Below are positions 44,957 to 55,700 of a stretch of 64,000 nt of DNA, piece after piece. The translations under genes and the position numbers were made by a program. Origin of the DNA: Setoptus koraiensis (lineage: Eukaryota > Animalia > Arthropoda); contig CM106586.1 in assembly GCA_048013815.1 (NCBI GenBank), forward strand, positions 16,678,001 to 16,742,000. The letters are read 5' to 3'. Position 1 is the stretch's first letter, and the number at the start of each line of letters is the position of its first letter. A model generated the notes under the pieces. It saw only the letters and a list, made by a program, of their open reading frames with translations, had not been told where the DNA came from and searched no databases.

Positions 44957-47776
44957 CTAAAACCTTTCCTGCTTCCTTGAGGCCGAATTAAAAAGCAAAG
45001 GTTTAAAATCCTTCATTTTAAGTTTAACATCACATTTACCACATTGATCTTTTCTTTTCAACAAACCAATCCAACAATCACTACAGGATACTCGAGAGCA
45101 TGCACAATTCGATCGTAAGGGCGTTACAGCTTTCCCTAAACAAATGGAGCACTTGTACGGGGCAGGCCGACTGGCCTCTGACAGCTGGTCGAGTATGGAA
45201 TAGTTGGGGTCGGATGCTGAAGTAGCCAAGCTCGAAGGTTTAGACCATTTCGTCTTCTTCCTTGCAAATATATTGAGACTTCTTGGTTGAGAGAGTATTG
45301 AATTTGATGTTGTCGATGTGGTTGCCACGCGTTCATCACTTGGAGTAGTTCCCGATTGGTCCTCAGGAGTTGATGATGATGGACATAGGCTATCGAAGGC
45401 ACTAGATGTGGTTACATTGGCCGATGAACTTTGTTGGCTATTTTGTGATTGTTGCTGTCTTACTTTTTCTCGGGCTTTCTCAGCAGTCTGTCTATCAACA
45501 GTGTAGCTTGCAACCATGGCGTTCTCTTTTGCTTTAAAATTAGTCGGACGTATCACCTCTTCCGGAACAACAGATTTTGGACGGCTAGTAGAAGCAGTAG
45601 AGTTATCTATTTGGAATGCACCCAACTGCTCGCCGGATGTCACAGACGGTTCAGGTAATGCCAAACCATGCGACTTAAAAAATGATACTACAGTCCTTTC
45701 AGCTTCCAGGAAGGTAATCTCTTTATCAGAATAGTGTGGCTTTATCCAATTCGAAAAACTGTCACTTGCACTTCTGAAACGTGGATCACATAATATTACT
45801 AAACCGAAATCATCTTTGCTTCGAATGACTCTGCCTATTGTTTGATTCAAGGCTCTCTTCATTTGCAAACTATACCAATGCTGCCCGTTCATAGCATTTC
45901 TAGAATTTTTGTTCCTCTGATCTAGATACTTTCTTTTCATTTGTACCCTAGGATCAGCTATCCCGGGGAAGGGTGGTCCCGTTAATATCACCGATCTACA
46001 ATAGTCATCGTTCAAATTAACTCCCTCTGATAATTTTCCGCGACAAACTCCAAAGAAAACAGCTCCCGTAGAATTCTGTGTGTCTATGACGCGTTTAAAT
46101 GCCGCGATATCCGAGGCGAAAGTAGTTTTGGATTTAGGCTCTATGAAAAGTTGCTTACAAGCTAACATGCTTTTCCAAATTGTTGTTCGCTTCCAAGATT
46201 CTATCACAGAATACATGAGGTAATATGATTGAAAGAAGACTACGGTTCCACAGGGGAGTATTTTGAATAGTCTAAGCAGTGTTGATCCAATAGCTCTATG
46301 ATAGGTGGGCTTCTTCGATTCATTGAAGTCAGAAACGAGAGGGTAATTTTCAGGAGATCTACCTAATGTAATGAATTCAAGTTGACCTCTACTGATAACA
46401 TGAGGAGATTCCAGTGTGACTCCAATGTTAGTCTCTAGTTCGTCTTTATATGGTCCTAGAGGTGCTAATGTTCCTGAGGTGATAACTAATGATCTAATAT
46501 TGGCTGCACTCCTCAAGCGCCTTAAGCCAATAGCTGGGCTAAGACACCATAAATGAAATGTCCAATCCTTGGGCGGTTGATTGTCATGCGGTCTTTTGCC
46601 GTTTGTTGATTCATCAGACTTGAGTCTCTCCAAATAGGCTCGATAATATTGGCTGAAAGTTAATTTGTGTTCATTCATGCGGACAAGACTGAGGCAATCA
46701 TCGGGAAAGGCAAGACTAACAAAACTGCTGAACAGTTCCAATGATGTAACAAAATTAGCAACTTGTGTTGGATTTTGTACACCGGCAGCTAATAGAAACG
46801 CCGACATGGTATCGAGAGTTTCAACAAGTCTATCAGATACACTATATGTTATTCCACATGATTCTAACAGGGAGTAGAATTGTTCAGTTGAGCATTCTCT
46901 ATTAAATTCACCAAACGACCTGAGAGTAGATTGTTGCATATTTAGTGATGCAACTCGTACCTCTTCAAGTCTATCCGAGGTCAATTTCTCGATCATCTCC
47001 AAAATAGGATTTGGTTTTTGCTCCTTTTCTTTTTTGCCACCCTTTTCATTCCCGTCAGCATCGAAAAGATCGTCATTCTTTGGATTGTAACCAGTGCGAG
47101 TTAGGCCATGTCTCTGATAATTTTCCACATCGCTCAGTTTTTTGGGCAGCTTAAGCACACAATCTTGAATAGTCTTTAGCGACGACTCTGTTAGTTGGCC
47201 TGATACACAATCTTCTAGGATATTTTCTATGTTGTGTGCCTCGTCGAAGATAATAATGGAGTCCTCTAGTTTCAGGAGTTGATTCTTTCTCAATGATGGA
47301 TCCAAGATGTAATTGTATGGCGTAAAGATGATGGTTGCTTTGGTTTCGGCTAATTTTCTACTAGCAAAATATGGACAACATTGATTGGTCCTGCCGAAGC
47401 TAATTAGATCCTCTATGTCTAGAACATTGTTGTGATCCATAGCCTGTAGCTTATTTTCGTAATTTGAATAAAATTGGCACGAGTTTTGTGCAACGGCATT
47501 CCTACAGGCCCTATTTATGAGGTAATTTCCGGATTGCTCGCGTACTTGCTCATTGAGGCACATTTGTTCGCGACCGCCCAACACTACACCCGGTACTCTT
47601 GCGTAGGCGGTCCTCTTCATTTCTTTGGCCGCTTGGGCCAATTGTGCATGGGTCCTACTACTGTAATATATGTTTCCCGTTTTTTCCACCCTGTTTTCTT
47701 TCCAAGCTAACGAAGAACACAATAGAGCTAGAGTTTTACCTGTTCCAGTGGGGCTCTCCAGCAATGCGTTGGTTTT
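44957..47776 (-). CDS. RTEL1: RTEL1 Fe-S DEAH helicase, exon 2 (helicase core plus C-terminal C4C4 RING-like finger)
   Basis: KTNALLESPTGTGKTLALLCSSLAW (Walker A), IYYSSRTHAQL, Fe-S cysteines (REQMC, RAC, SCQFY, CCPYF), IIFDEAHN, GVCRGKLSEG, QTIGRVIRSKDDFG, and C-terminal CSIC..CAC..CSDC..CGKC. Acceptor is CTGACcaaacgacAG (47778-47777). Confidence 0.94.
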   Translation of the reverse strand, partial: KTNALLESPTGTGKTLALLCSSLAWKENRVEKTGNIYYSSRTHAQLAQAAKEMKRTAYARVPGVVLGGREQMCLNEQVREQSGNYLINRACRNAVAQNSCQFYSNYENKLQAMDHNNVLDIEDLISFGRTNQCCPYFASRKLAETKATIIFTPYNYILDPSLRKNQLLKLEDSIIIFDEAHNIENILEDCVSGQLTESSLKTIQDCVLKLPKKLSDVENYQRHGLTRTGYNPKNDDLFDADGNEKGGKKEKEQKPNPILEMIEKLTSDRLEEVRVASLNMQQSTLRSFGEFNRECSTEQFYSLLESCGITYSVSDRLVETLDTMSAFLLAAGVQNPTQVANFVTSLELFSSFVSLAFPDDCLSLVRMNEHKLTFSQYYRAYLERLKSDESTNGKRPHDNQPPKDWTFHLWCLSPAIGLRRLRSAANIRSLVITSGTLAPLGPYKDELETNIGVTLESPHVISRGQLEFITLGRSPENYPLVSDFNESKKPTYHRAIGSTLLRLFKILPCGTVVFFQSYYLMYSVIESWKRTTIWKSMLACKQLFIEPKSKTTFASDIAAFKRVIDTQNSTGAVFFGVCRGKLSEGVNLNDDYCRSVILTGPPFPGIADPRVQMKRKYLDQRNKNSRNAMNGQHWYSLQMKRALNQTIGRVIRSKDDFGLVILCDPRFRSASDSFSNWIKPHYSDKEITFLEAERTVVSFFKSHGLALPEPSVTSGEQLGAFQIDNSTASTSRPKSVVPEEVIRPTNFKAKENAMVASYTVDRQTAEKAREKVRQQQSQNSQQSSSANVTTSSAFDSLCPSSSTPEDQSGTTPSDERVATTSTTSNSILSQPRSLNIFARKKTKWSKPSSLATSASDPNYSILDQLSEASRPAPYKCSICLGKAVTPLRSNCACSRVSCSDCWIGLLKRKDQCGKCDVKLKMKDFKPLLFNSASRKQERF
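44987..44992 (+). terminator. Candidate poly(A) signal ATTAAA for ESF1, inside the RTEL1 coding sequence
   Basis: ATTAAA lies about 30 nt after the ESF1 stop and is antisense to RTEL1 codons TTT AAT. Confidence 0.45.
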
Positions 47777-47910
47777 CTGTCGTTTGGTCAGATTGAAAAT
47801 TTTGAGAATTTCATGTTATTTCAGGTTATATCATGGTATTGTGAGTAATTATTATTAGTGGCGTGAGGGTAGTCACCAAGTGTATTCAATGTCGATAGCT
47901 GGCTCGTTAC

Positions 47911-48021
47911 CTGATTGAGGCATTTTATCACACTCCTCATGTAGTCCTTTTGCACTTCATATGGCTCACAAGGGAAGTGGACCCTGACACCCTCAAAGAC
48001 GAAACTTTTATGGGTGCCCAT
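47911..48021 (-). CDS. RTEL1: RTEL1 exon 1 (37 codons)
   Basis: MGTHKSFVFEGVRVHFPCEPYEVQKDYMRSVIKCLNQ matches RTEL1 [29 protein letters not shown] better than FANCJ. Donor is CAG|GTAACG. The 134-nt intron (47777-47910) is phase 0. Confidence 0.93.
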
Positions 48022-48244
48022 TGTTTGTTTCTATAGTTGATTACAAATTGATATTAATTGATTGGCGACGAGATGACTCTCAGAGAAGACCGTCTACACC
48101 CTTGCGGCATGCATTTCGATTAACTGAATGGGTTCTCCGATTTATCCAATTAGATATGATGATAAATTAATGAATATAATTTAATATAATTTTTGCCAAA
48201 AAATACAAACAAACAAATGTAACATGAATCCCCTGAAATAACGG

Positions 48245-48251
48245 TTTGGCG
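48245..48251. promoter_or_regulatory. E2F-like TTTGGCG motif upstream of RTEL1
   Basis: GTTTGGCGAAA lies about 225 bp upstream of the RTEL1 ATG. It is plausible for an S-phase gene but is only a short motif. Confidence 0.25.
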
Positions 48252-48730
48252 AAATCAAAACACGAGTTGATCCGAGAACAATCACGCGCGGCGCGCCTTC
48301 ACTCAACAGCTGACGCAGAGGAACAGTTCAACTCACTCGTGACTACAAAAATAGAGCGCCATCTCCTTGTCAATCGAGTATGCTAGTGCGCACTGATTGA
48401 GAAAAATGTTTGCCCCTTTCATTATCCATCAATGGTTGCACCAATCGACCATCGCGAGTCAACTTTTACAACTGGACAGGTTCGGACAGGTAAAGTTCTG
48501 GTTGAATGTATATTATGATTTATGGTTATTATTGTTTTTATTTATTAGGACGCCAGGCGGCCTCGTTGGTCATGTAATGTTGTTATTGCGTTTGTTTATT
48601 CTCATTGCGATCACTCGTTTGGTGATAGCAATCAGCAATTAATCATTGGCGATAGATAGCTCTGTATCTTTGATTCCGTGAAAGAACAAAAAAAGAGAGA
48701 TAATACATGAATTATGCATAAGTAATGAAA

Positions 48731-49741
48731 TCAATTGACCGGTGGGAATATCACTGACTCTCTGGCCGAACGAGTTGAATTGCCCCGTTCGAAGCCCTCA
48801 GACGGATCGGTAGTGGGCGGCTTGTGAGATGCGGCTACTTCCGGTTTTACAAAATTATCCGCAGGTTGGTAATCTGTTGCAACGTCGAAGCCGATATCTG
48901 GATCGTTGCTGTTGCTCACTGATGCTGCTGGCGAATAATTGTTGTTGTTGTTGTTGTTGGCAGCTACTGGCTCGTTGGTTTCAGCCATGGATGGATTGCT
49001 GGAAAATGCTGATACTGGAATGGCTGCCGGTGTCTGTCTATTCGATGTTGGCGATTGCGCGGGAATCGCTGGCACCGATGGAGCGGATTGCGGAGGGGGC
49101 AACAGGGGATAGGGTTCGGGTCGGAGCACGCTAGTGGATGGCAAGGAGGGTGCCCTGGAGCGAGCGGGCGGTTGAGGTAGCGCTTGGGGTCGGCGAGCGG
49201 GCACTAGTGACGACACGACATTTGTTGGTTGGGGCGGCTGTGAGGCGACCACCAAAGGTGGGACAGGCAATGACGAGGACGACGAATACGAGTCGCTGGT
49301 GTGAGTTATTCGGGTGGGAGCAACGGGAGCTCGCGAGAGGGAGCCCGATGAGAGCGACGTAAACGACGATGACGACGACACAATTGGTTGAGCCGGTGCT
49401 GCAAGCAGTGATGGCGATGACGGCGATGACGGCGATAACGGGAGCGGTCTTGGCACTTGGAGCGGTGCCACTGGAGCCACTTGTCTCGTGATTAGTGTCG
49501 ACTGTGATCGATAGGTGCTGGATCTGGCTGGCAATTGGTAATTGTAGTGATACCGATGCTGGTACGACGAAACTGGCTGTAGCACGTTGCTGGGAAGGTG
49601 TGTCAATGCGGGAAAGCTGCTCATTAGCGGAGGGGGCATCAGGTAGTAGGGCGACGGCAATTGGAGCAGTCTGAATGTGGCCTCAACATTGAGACAGAGA
49701 AACAAAACGGATAATAGCGTTGCGGTGAAGCACGAAGACAT
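48731..49741 (-). CDS. Uncharacterised Pro/Ser-rich protein with predicted signal peptide, single exon, about 336 aa
   Basis: Long ORF. MSSCFTATLLSVLFLCLNVEA looks like a signal peptide, followed by a P/S/A-rich body. AATAAA candidates on the minus strand at 48541-48546 and 48595-48600. An upstream in-frame ATG at 49777 is also possible. No family recognised. Confidence 0.7.
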   Translation of the reverse strand: MSSCFTATLLSVLFLCLNVEATFRLLQLPSPYYLMPPPLMSSFPALTHLPSNVLQPVSSYQHRYHYNYQLPARSSTYRSQSTLITRQVAPVAPLQVPRPLPLSPSSPSSPSLLAAPAQPIVSSSSSFTSLSSGSLSRAPVAPTRITHTSDSYSSSSSLPVPPLVVASQPPQPTNVVSSLVPARRPQALPQPPARSRAPSLPSTSVLRPEPYPLLPPPQSAPSVPAIPAQSPTSNRQTPAAIPVSAFSSNPSMAETNEPVAANNNNNNNYSPAASVSNSNDPDIGFDVATDYQPADNFVKPEVAASHKPPTTDPSEGFERGNSTRSARESVIFPPVN

Positions 49742-50680
49742 TGTTGTTGTTGTTGTTGTGGGTCGATTGTGGCTCATTGTTGACAGTTGACAGTGATAAC
49801 TAATTAGTGATTTTGGGCGACGTGCTGCCAACTACTGAGTGGACTTGTGCTGATTGTTTGCGCGATTCAATTGATCTGGTGCGATTGTGTCCACTATTTA
49901 TATGCGCGCCAAGTGCTAGCTTTGTGGCTCACACAAATATGTCGTCTATACAAATATGTCGTCCCTGTAAGTTTGTTGACAGTGACACTTGCACTGGCAT
50001 ACATATATATATATATATATATAGGACTGGTGTGTGTGCCCGGAATCAAGTTTACAGTGACGCAATTGTCCTTGCAATTGTCGCCATCACCAACACAGCC
50101 CAATGGACCCGACGGACCTAATGGACAGGTGACTATTAGGAGCCGGCTAATGGGAGCCGGTGGCGGCCGGAGTCATGGCCATTGTGACGAGCATGAGGAT
50201 AAACAAATGCAAGAGATGATCTGAGATTAGATTGGTTGCGTTGCCGACAGTGCATTAAACTGTAATTGGTTAGTTGTTGGTTTTTGCACTGATTAGCCGT
50301 GGACGCGCGCCGATGAAGATGCGTCTCTCACCGGCGACTTGAGCATGTCGTCAATGCAATGTCGATTCGATGTCGAACCCAATGTGCATTATGGTTGTTA
50401 TTTGTACGACAGCATTAGCATCAGCATTAGCATCAGCATTAGCATTAGTGAGTGTTGTCAGTGTTGCGGCGGCAGCAGCATTTTCGACAGCGCACGCGAC
50501 AGGTGAGTCGCGAAGCGGAAGGAGAGTCAAAGAACTGGCCAGTGAACTTGATGATTAATTCAATCACGTCTAATGTGTTGGCCGGCCGGCGGCCAGCACA
50601 TAGCCGGTGGTGGTAATTACCGAGTTGAACACACTTGAACTCGCATTACGATATCAGCTTGCGCTGCGCGGCTTGCCTCA

Positions 50681-50760
50681 CAGCGGCCGGCATTGCGCAA
50701 CAGCGGCCGGCATTGCGCAACAGCGGCCGGCATTGCGCAACAGCGGCCGGCATTGCGCAA
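50681..50760. repeat. Perfect 20-nt tandem repeat x4 (CAGCGGCCGGCATTGCGCAA)
   Basis: Four identical units. Confidence 0.95.
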
Positions 50761-51847
50761 CATCGGCTAGGCACGGCGAGCCGTCATTAGGCAACAGATC
50801 GCAAACAGATTGTTGTTTGCGGCCGCTCGCGGGCCGGCGCGGCAATACATGTATGGCTGCTGTTGATATGGCTGTTGCAGTGTTGATATGGCTGCTGTTG
50901 CAGTGCCGAGATGGCGGCCGCAAATCGCTCATTGATTTCATTGATGGGGCAAAGCCGGGCAAATTCATTTGGCATCCCATTCAAATCATCGTCATCATAT
51001 CTGTGTATTTAACACAGCCGACGAGTGCTTGGCTCGGCTCCATTGAGCACCATCGAACCGCCGACCATGCTTATTAAGACCGCGAACGATGTTTATTGAG
51101 ACCGTGGCTTGTCGACCTTAATCCGACAAGCACTCCAGCCAACGAATTTGTGTGCAATTTGTGCCGGCCCGACCACTGACAACAACTTAAAATCACTTAG
51201 CCGGCTATGCTCTGCAAGCGGCCGGCCGGCCGGCAATATGTTGGCCACTGTGCGCCAATATTCCGCCGATACAACAGGTAGCTGGCATTGGAGTTGAGCA
51301 TTGGCCAGTTTCAATTGCAGCGAGCCGCTGCTTGCCGGCTGACAGGCTGATAAATGAGCTGATGCGCGATGAATATCGCAGCTTCAGCTCATTGATATAT
51401 CAGACACATTTCGCTTGCCAGTTGGTCAGCCAATGATAATTTCAAAGCGCTGTGTGCGCTACCACAGATATCCGAGATGCCAGATATCCGAGATGCGAGA
51501 TATCCGCCAGATATGCGGCCGAGATAAGCGACGGTAGCGCCAACTGCAGCAACGGCCGGCATCAGCAAGCCGCGATTTACATGCACTCTTGGCGTCGCTG
51601 CGAGCGTCCCATCGGCGCAAACCTGCTGCTGTTGTTGCCGTCGTTGTTGCTGCTGTCGCTGTTGTTGCTGTTGCCGCTGCTGTCGCTGTTGTTGCTGTTG
51701 CCGCTGCTGACCATCGGACGAGCAACAGGTTGCGTCGGCTGTTGCGCCGCCACCTTGTTTGTGCGTGCGTGTCTGTGAGCGGTGCAAGTTTCGCGAAGAA
51801 GCGACAGGTAGGCTGCTGTTGCCGTTGTTGTTGCTGTTGCTGTTGCC

Positions 51848-51848
51848 G

Positions 51849-51925
<77 letters not shown>
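51848..51925. repeat. (GTT)26 microsatellite within a larger CAA/CAG-type low-complexity tract (about 51620-51930)
   Basis: Pure run. Confidence 0.95.
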
Positions 51926-52736
51926 GGCTGTGCTGCTGGCGTTGCCGTGGACGGTGTTGCATTGCGAAATATAAACATATTCGAAATGGAACAGCGAGAG
52001 GAATATCTGTGTGTGCCCTTGGCGGCGCTTCGTCGGCCAGCGCCGTTCGTTCTTGCGCTGGCTTCGTTCTTGCGCTGGCTTCGGCCGTTGCTGGCTTTGG
52101 CCGACGCTGGCTGTTGTCGGCCTGTTCGGCTCCTTCGGCTGTTCGGCTTCTTTGGCTCGGCTCTGCGGCTGCTCGGCTGGCTGTTCGGCCAAAGATAAAC
52201 ACGACGCTCATGTGATGATGCTGGCGATTGATAGACAACTCTTGCGCTCGCTCGCAGCTCCGAAGCAACGCCAGCCAGCCAGCCAACAGTTGCAGTAGAC
52301 AAGCCTGGCAGTGTCAGAGATTTTTTTATCATACTTCATTAACGAGATGGACACAGCAGCGAGACAGCGCAAATGTGTCTCGCCACAAGCAGCCTGTATT
52401 CTGTTGTAGTGCAACCTGTAAATAGTGCACCAGCGCCAAATAATCCGCATATTGCGCGCTAATTATTATTTATCACTATTATTTATGAATTCATATTTGC
52501 CCATATTGGCCCACATTCGTTAGAAACTGTTATTACATTATACTGTTAGCCCATAAACTGTTATTACACATTATTACTGTATTGACCGGGCCGTGATCGC
52601 AATATTATTTAATTGACCGCAATAATTAACTGACCACAACCAAATTGATGCTGGCCCCCGACACCGGCCCTGACCCAGTCGCCAGCACAAGCCCAGCACC
52701 GGCATCCAAACGATACTGACCGCTCGCCGCCGTGAC

Positions 52737-55700
52737 ATGCCGGCCGATGTGGCCATCGGGCGCCAATCGCAACAGCAGCCAGCAGCATCCACAATTGAGG
52801 CCCCGATTAAGGGCCACAAGCAGCGCGGAGTGGATATTTCACTGAGCATGGAGCGCCACTCGGACGACGACGGCGACGAGGAAAACATTGTCATTGACAT
52901 GGACGAGGAGGATTCCGACACGGATCAGGCCGGCAGCGAGCAGCAGTCGCTCATGTCGCACTCGTTGCCTCTGGTGGCCGTCGACCAGAACCACAACAGC
53001 AAACAACAACAATACACATCCATAAGTCACCACCAATCAGATCAATCACTTATTATTCACAATTCTCTGCAGGCCGCCAATTGCAGCTCTGCCACCGGCC
53101 AACCGCCGCTAAGCGAACAGTTCTCCTTGGGCGATCTAGTCTGGTTCGAGCCGCCCCTCGCCCCCAACCAGCCGAGCCGCGAACTTGCGGGCGGCGGCGG
53201 CCCGACGCCGCCGGCGCAGCAGCAGCCGCAACAAGCGCACGCGGACTATCCGCTGCCCGGGCGCGTCATCGATTGCATCTATTCCATGGGCGTCATAACG
53301 GTCGACGTTGACCACGAAATGTTGGCCGCTTGCAACGTCGTAGCGCCCGCCGAATACCTCGCCCAAAGCTACAATAAACGCGAAGCGGCCGAACAGCTCA
53401 GGCGCCGGTACCCGCCCGACCCGTGGAACGGGCAGCGTCAGCACGACCTGGCCAGCGACGTGCGCGAGCTTAGCTACGAGTCGCTGTTGTGGACGCTGAA
53501 GTTGAGATACCAACAAAACATCATTTACACATACGCGGGCTCCAACATTCTCATTAGCGTCAATCCCTATCAAGTGTGCCAAATATACGGCCTGGACCAA
53601 GTGCAAAAATACGAGACCAACTCCGGCTCGCCCGACACCCAAAAGCAGCTGGCGCCCCACATATTTCGGCTGGCGCACCAGGCCTACGCCACAATGCTCA
53701 AGCACAGCCAGGACGAGGTGATACTGATCACGGGCCCCAGCGGCGCCGGCAAGACCGAGATCAGCAAGCTCATAATGCAGTATTTGGCCGCCGTCAACAA
53801 GTCGCCCAGCAACCTGATGACAGAGCAAATACTCGAGGCCATACCCCTGTTAGAGGCGTTCGGAAACGCCAAAACAATCCAGAATGACAATTCGTCGCGA
53901 TTTGGCAAACTGATAGATTTGCAATTCAACCGGAAGGGCTACATTATTGGGGCGCGAACGCAACATTTTCTGCTGGAGCGATCGCGCATAATTGGCCAGT
54001 CGCAAGACGAGCGCAATTTTCACATTTTCTACGAGCTGCTGGCCGGCCTGACAAAACTGGAAAAAGAAAAATACGGCCTACAACAGGCCGAGAAATATTT
54101 CTATCTCAATCAGGGCCAGTGCATGCAAATATCGGGCAAGTGCGACTCGGACGACTTCCGCTCGCTGCTGGCCTCCATGCAAGTGCTCGGCTTCAACTAC
54201 GAGGAACAGGACACCATATTTCGCATACTGGCCTCAATATTGCATTTGGGCAACATTTATTTTCACAGGAAAATCATCAAAAACAGTCAGGGTCAGGAGG
54301 GCGTCGAGATAGGCAGCGACACGGAGTTGCGATGGACGTCGCACTTGCTGCAGATACAGTTTGAGTCGCTGACCCGCTGCATGACCATCCGAACGCACGA
54401 CGCGTCCGCCGGACACGGGCCGGTGGCGGGCTGCGCCAGCCTGACAGGCGGCTCGGGCTCCATGCTGGTGGTGGTGCCGCTCAACATTGATCAGGCGCTG
54501 GATACGCGCGACGCCATAGCCCGATCGTTGTACCATTGCCTGTTCAAGTGGCTGCTGCAGCGCGTCAATTCACTCATAACGGCGGGACCCGCGGGCGCCG
54601 GCGCCGCCGCAAACCCGATTGTCGGTGAGCCGGCCAGCTCGAAGAGCAAGGCGGCCGCGGCCGCGCCCGCCAACAACGCCTACGCCAGCTACGGCCAAAA
54701 CGGAAGTTGGTGCGAGTTCCAGCCGCAGCAAATAGCCGTGCCCGCCAGCCAGCAGGGCGCCGCAACGGCGGGCCGGCTGCGGGCCGCCAAACAGGGCGCC
54801 GGCGATCATCGAGACAAGCTGACACTGTCCATATTGGACTTTTTCGGCTTTGAGAATTTGTCCGAGAACAACTTTGAGCAACTGTGCATTAATTACGCGC
54901 ACGAGCTGCTCCAGTCGCACATCAACAAGTGCCTGTTCCGGCTGGAACAGGCCGAATACGCGCAAGAGCGGCTCATGTGGGAGCCCGTGTCTTATCCGGA
55001 TAACAGCTCCATATTGCAGGTGATCAGCAAAAAGCCGATTGGTTTGTTGGCGCTGCTAGACGACGAATGCAACTTTCCCAAGGCCACCGATCAGTCGTTT
55101 GTGGAAAAGTGTCACTACAATCACGCGCTCAATGCAAATTACAAGCGAAGCGCCCGAATGAATACGCACGAGTTCGGACTGAAACATTTCGACACGGTTG
55201 TGTGGTACCAAGTGGACGGGTTCATCGAGAAGAATCGCGACGCGCTCCGGCCCGACGTGCTAGAGATTCTGGTCGAGTCCAAAATGGGCCTCGTGTCCAG
55301 CATGTTCGGTCAGTTACAAAAGAGCGCGGAGGGCGGCGCCGCTTCCGGTTGTGGCGCGTCCAAGACGCTCGCGCGGCACAACAACCTGACGGGCAACCCA
55401 CTTAACAACGAATCGCGCTTCGTCAGCATGAAACCGAGACAGCCGACAGTGTCGGCCAAATTTCAGGACAGTCTGCAGCAACTGGTGGACGATTTGGCCC
55501 ACAAAAATGCCTGGTACGTGAGGTGCTTCAAGCCCAACAGCAACAAGCAGCCCAAAGAGTTTGACTTTGGCCTCATGCTGCAACAAATAAAATCGTGCGC
55601 CCTACTGGAGACGGTGCGCATTAAAAAAGAGGGCTACCCCATTCGTATGCGCTACAGTCAGTTTGCCACCTACTTCCGGTGTCTGGTCAGCAGGCGGCGC

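Noticed and set aside
44957-48021. FANCJ/BRIP1, DDX11 or XPD identity for the helicase
   Set aside because: The N-terminal sequence, the GTGKT Walker A context and the C-terminal C4C4 finger fit RTEL1 better.
50681-50760. Regular direct repeats (also 22660, 14036, 16063) as CRISPR arrays
   Set aside because: Head-to-tail units with no unique spacers, no cas genes, and eukaryotic context.
51389-52332. Three overlapping 250-275-aa minus-strand ORFs with polyQ, polyN and polyT
   Set aside because: All three frames are open because of a (CAA)n microsatellite tract; this is a low-complexity artefact.
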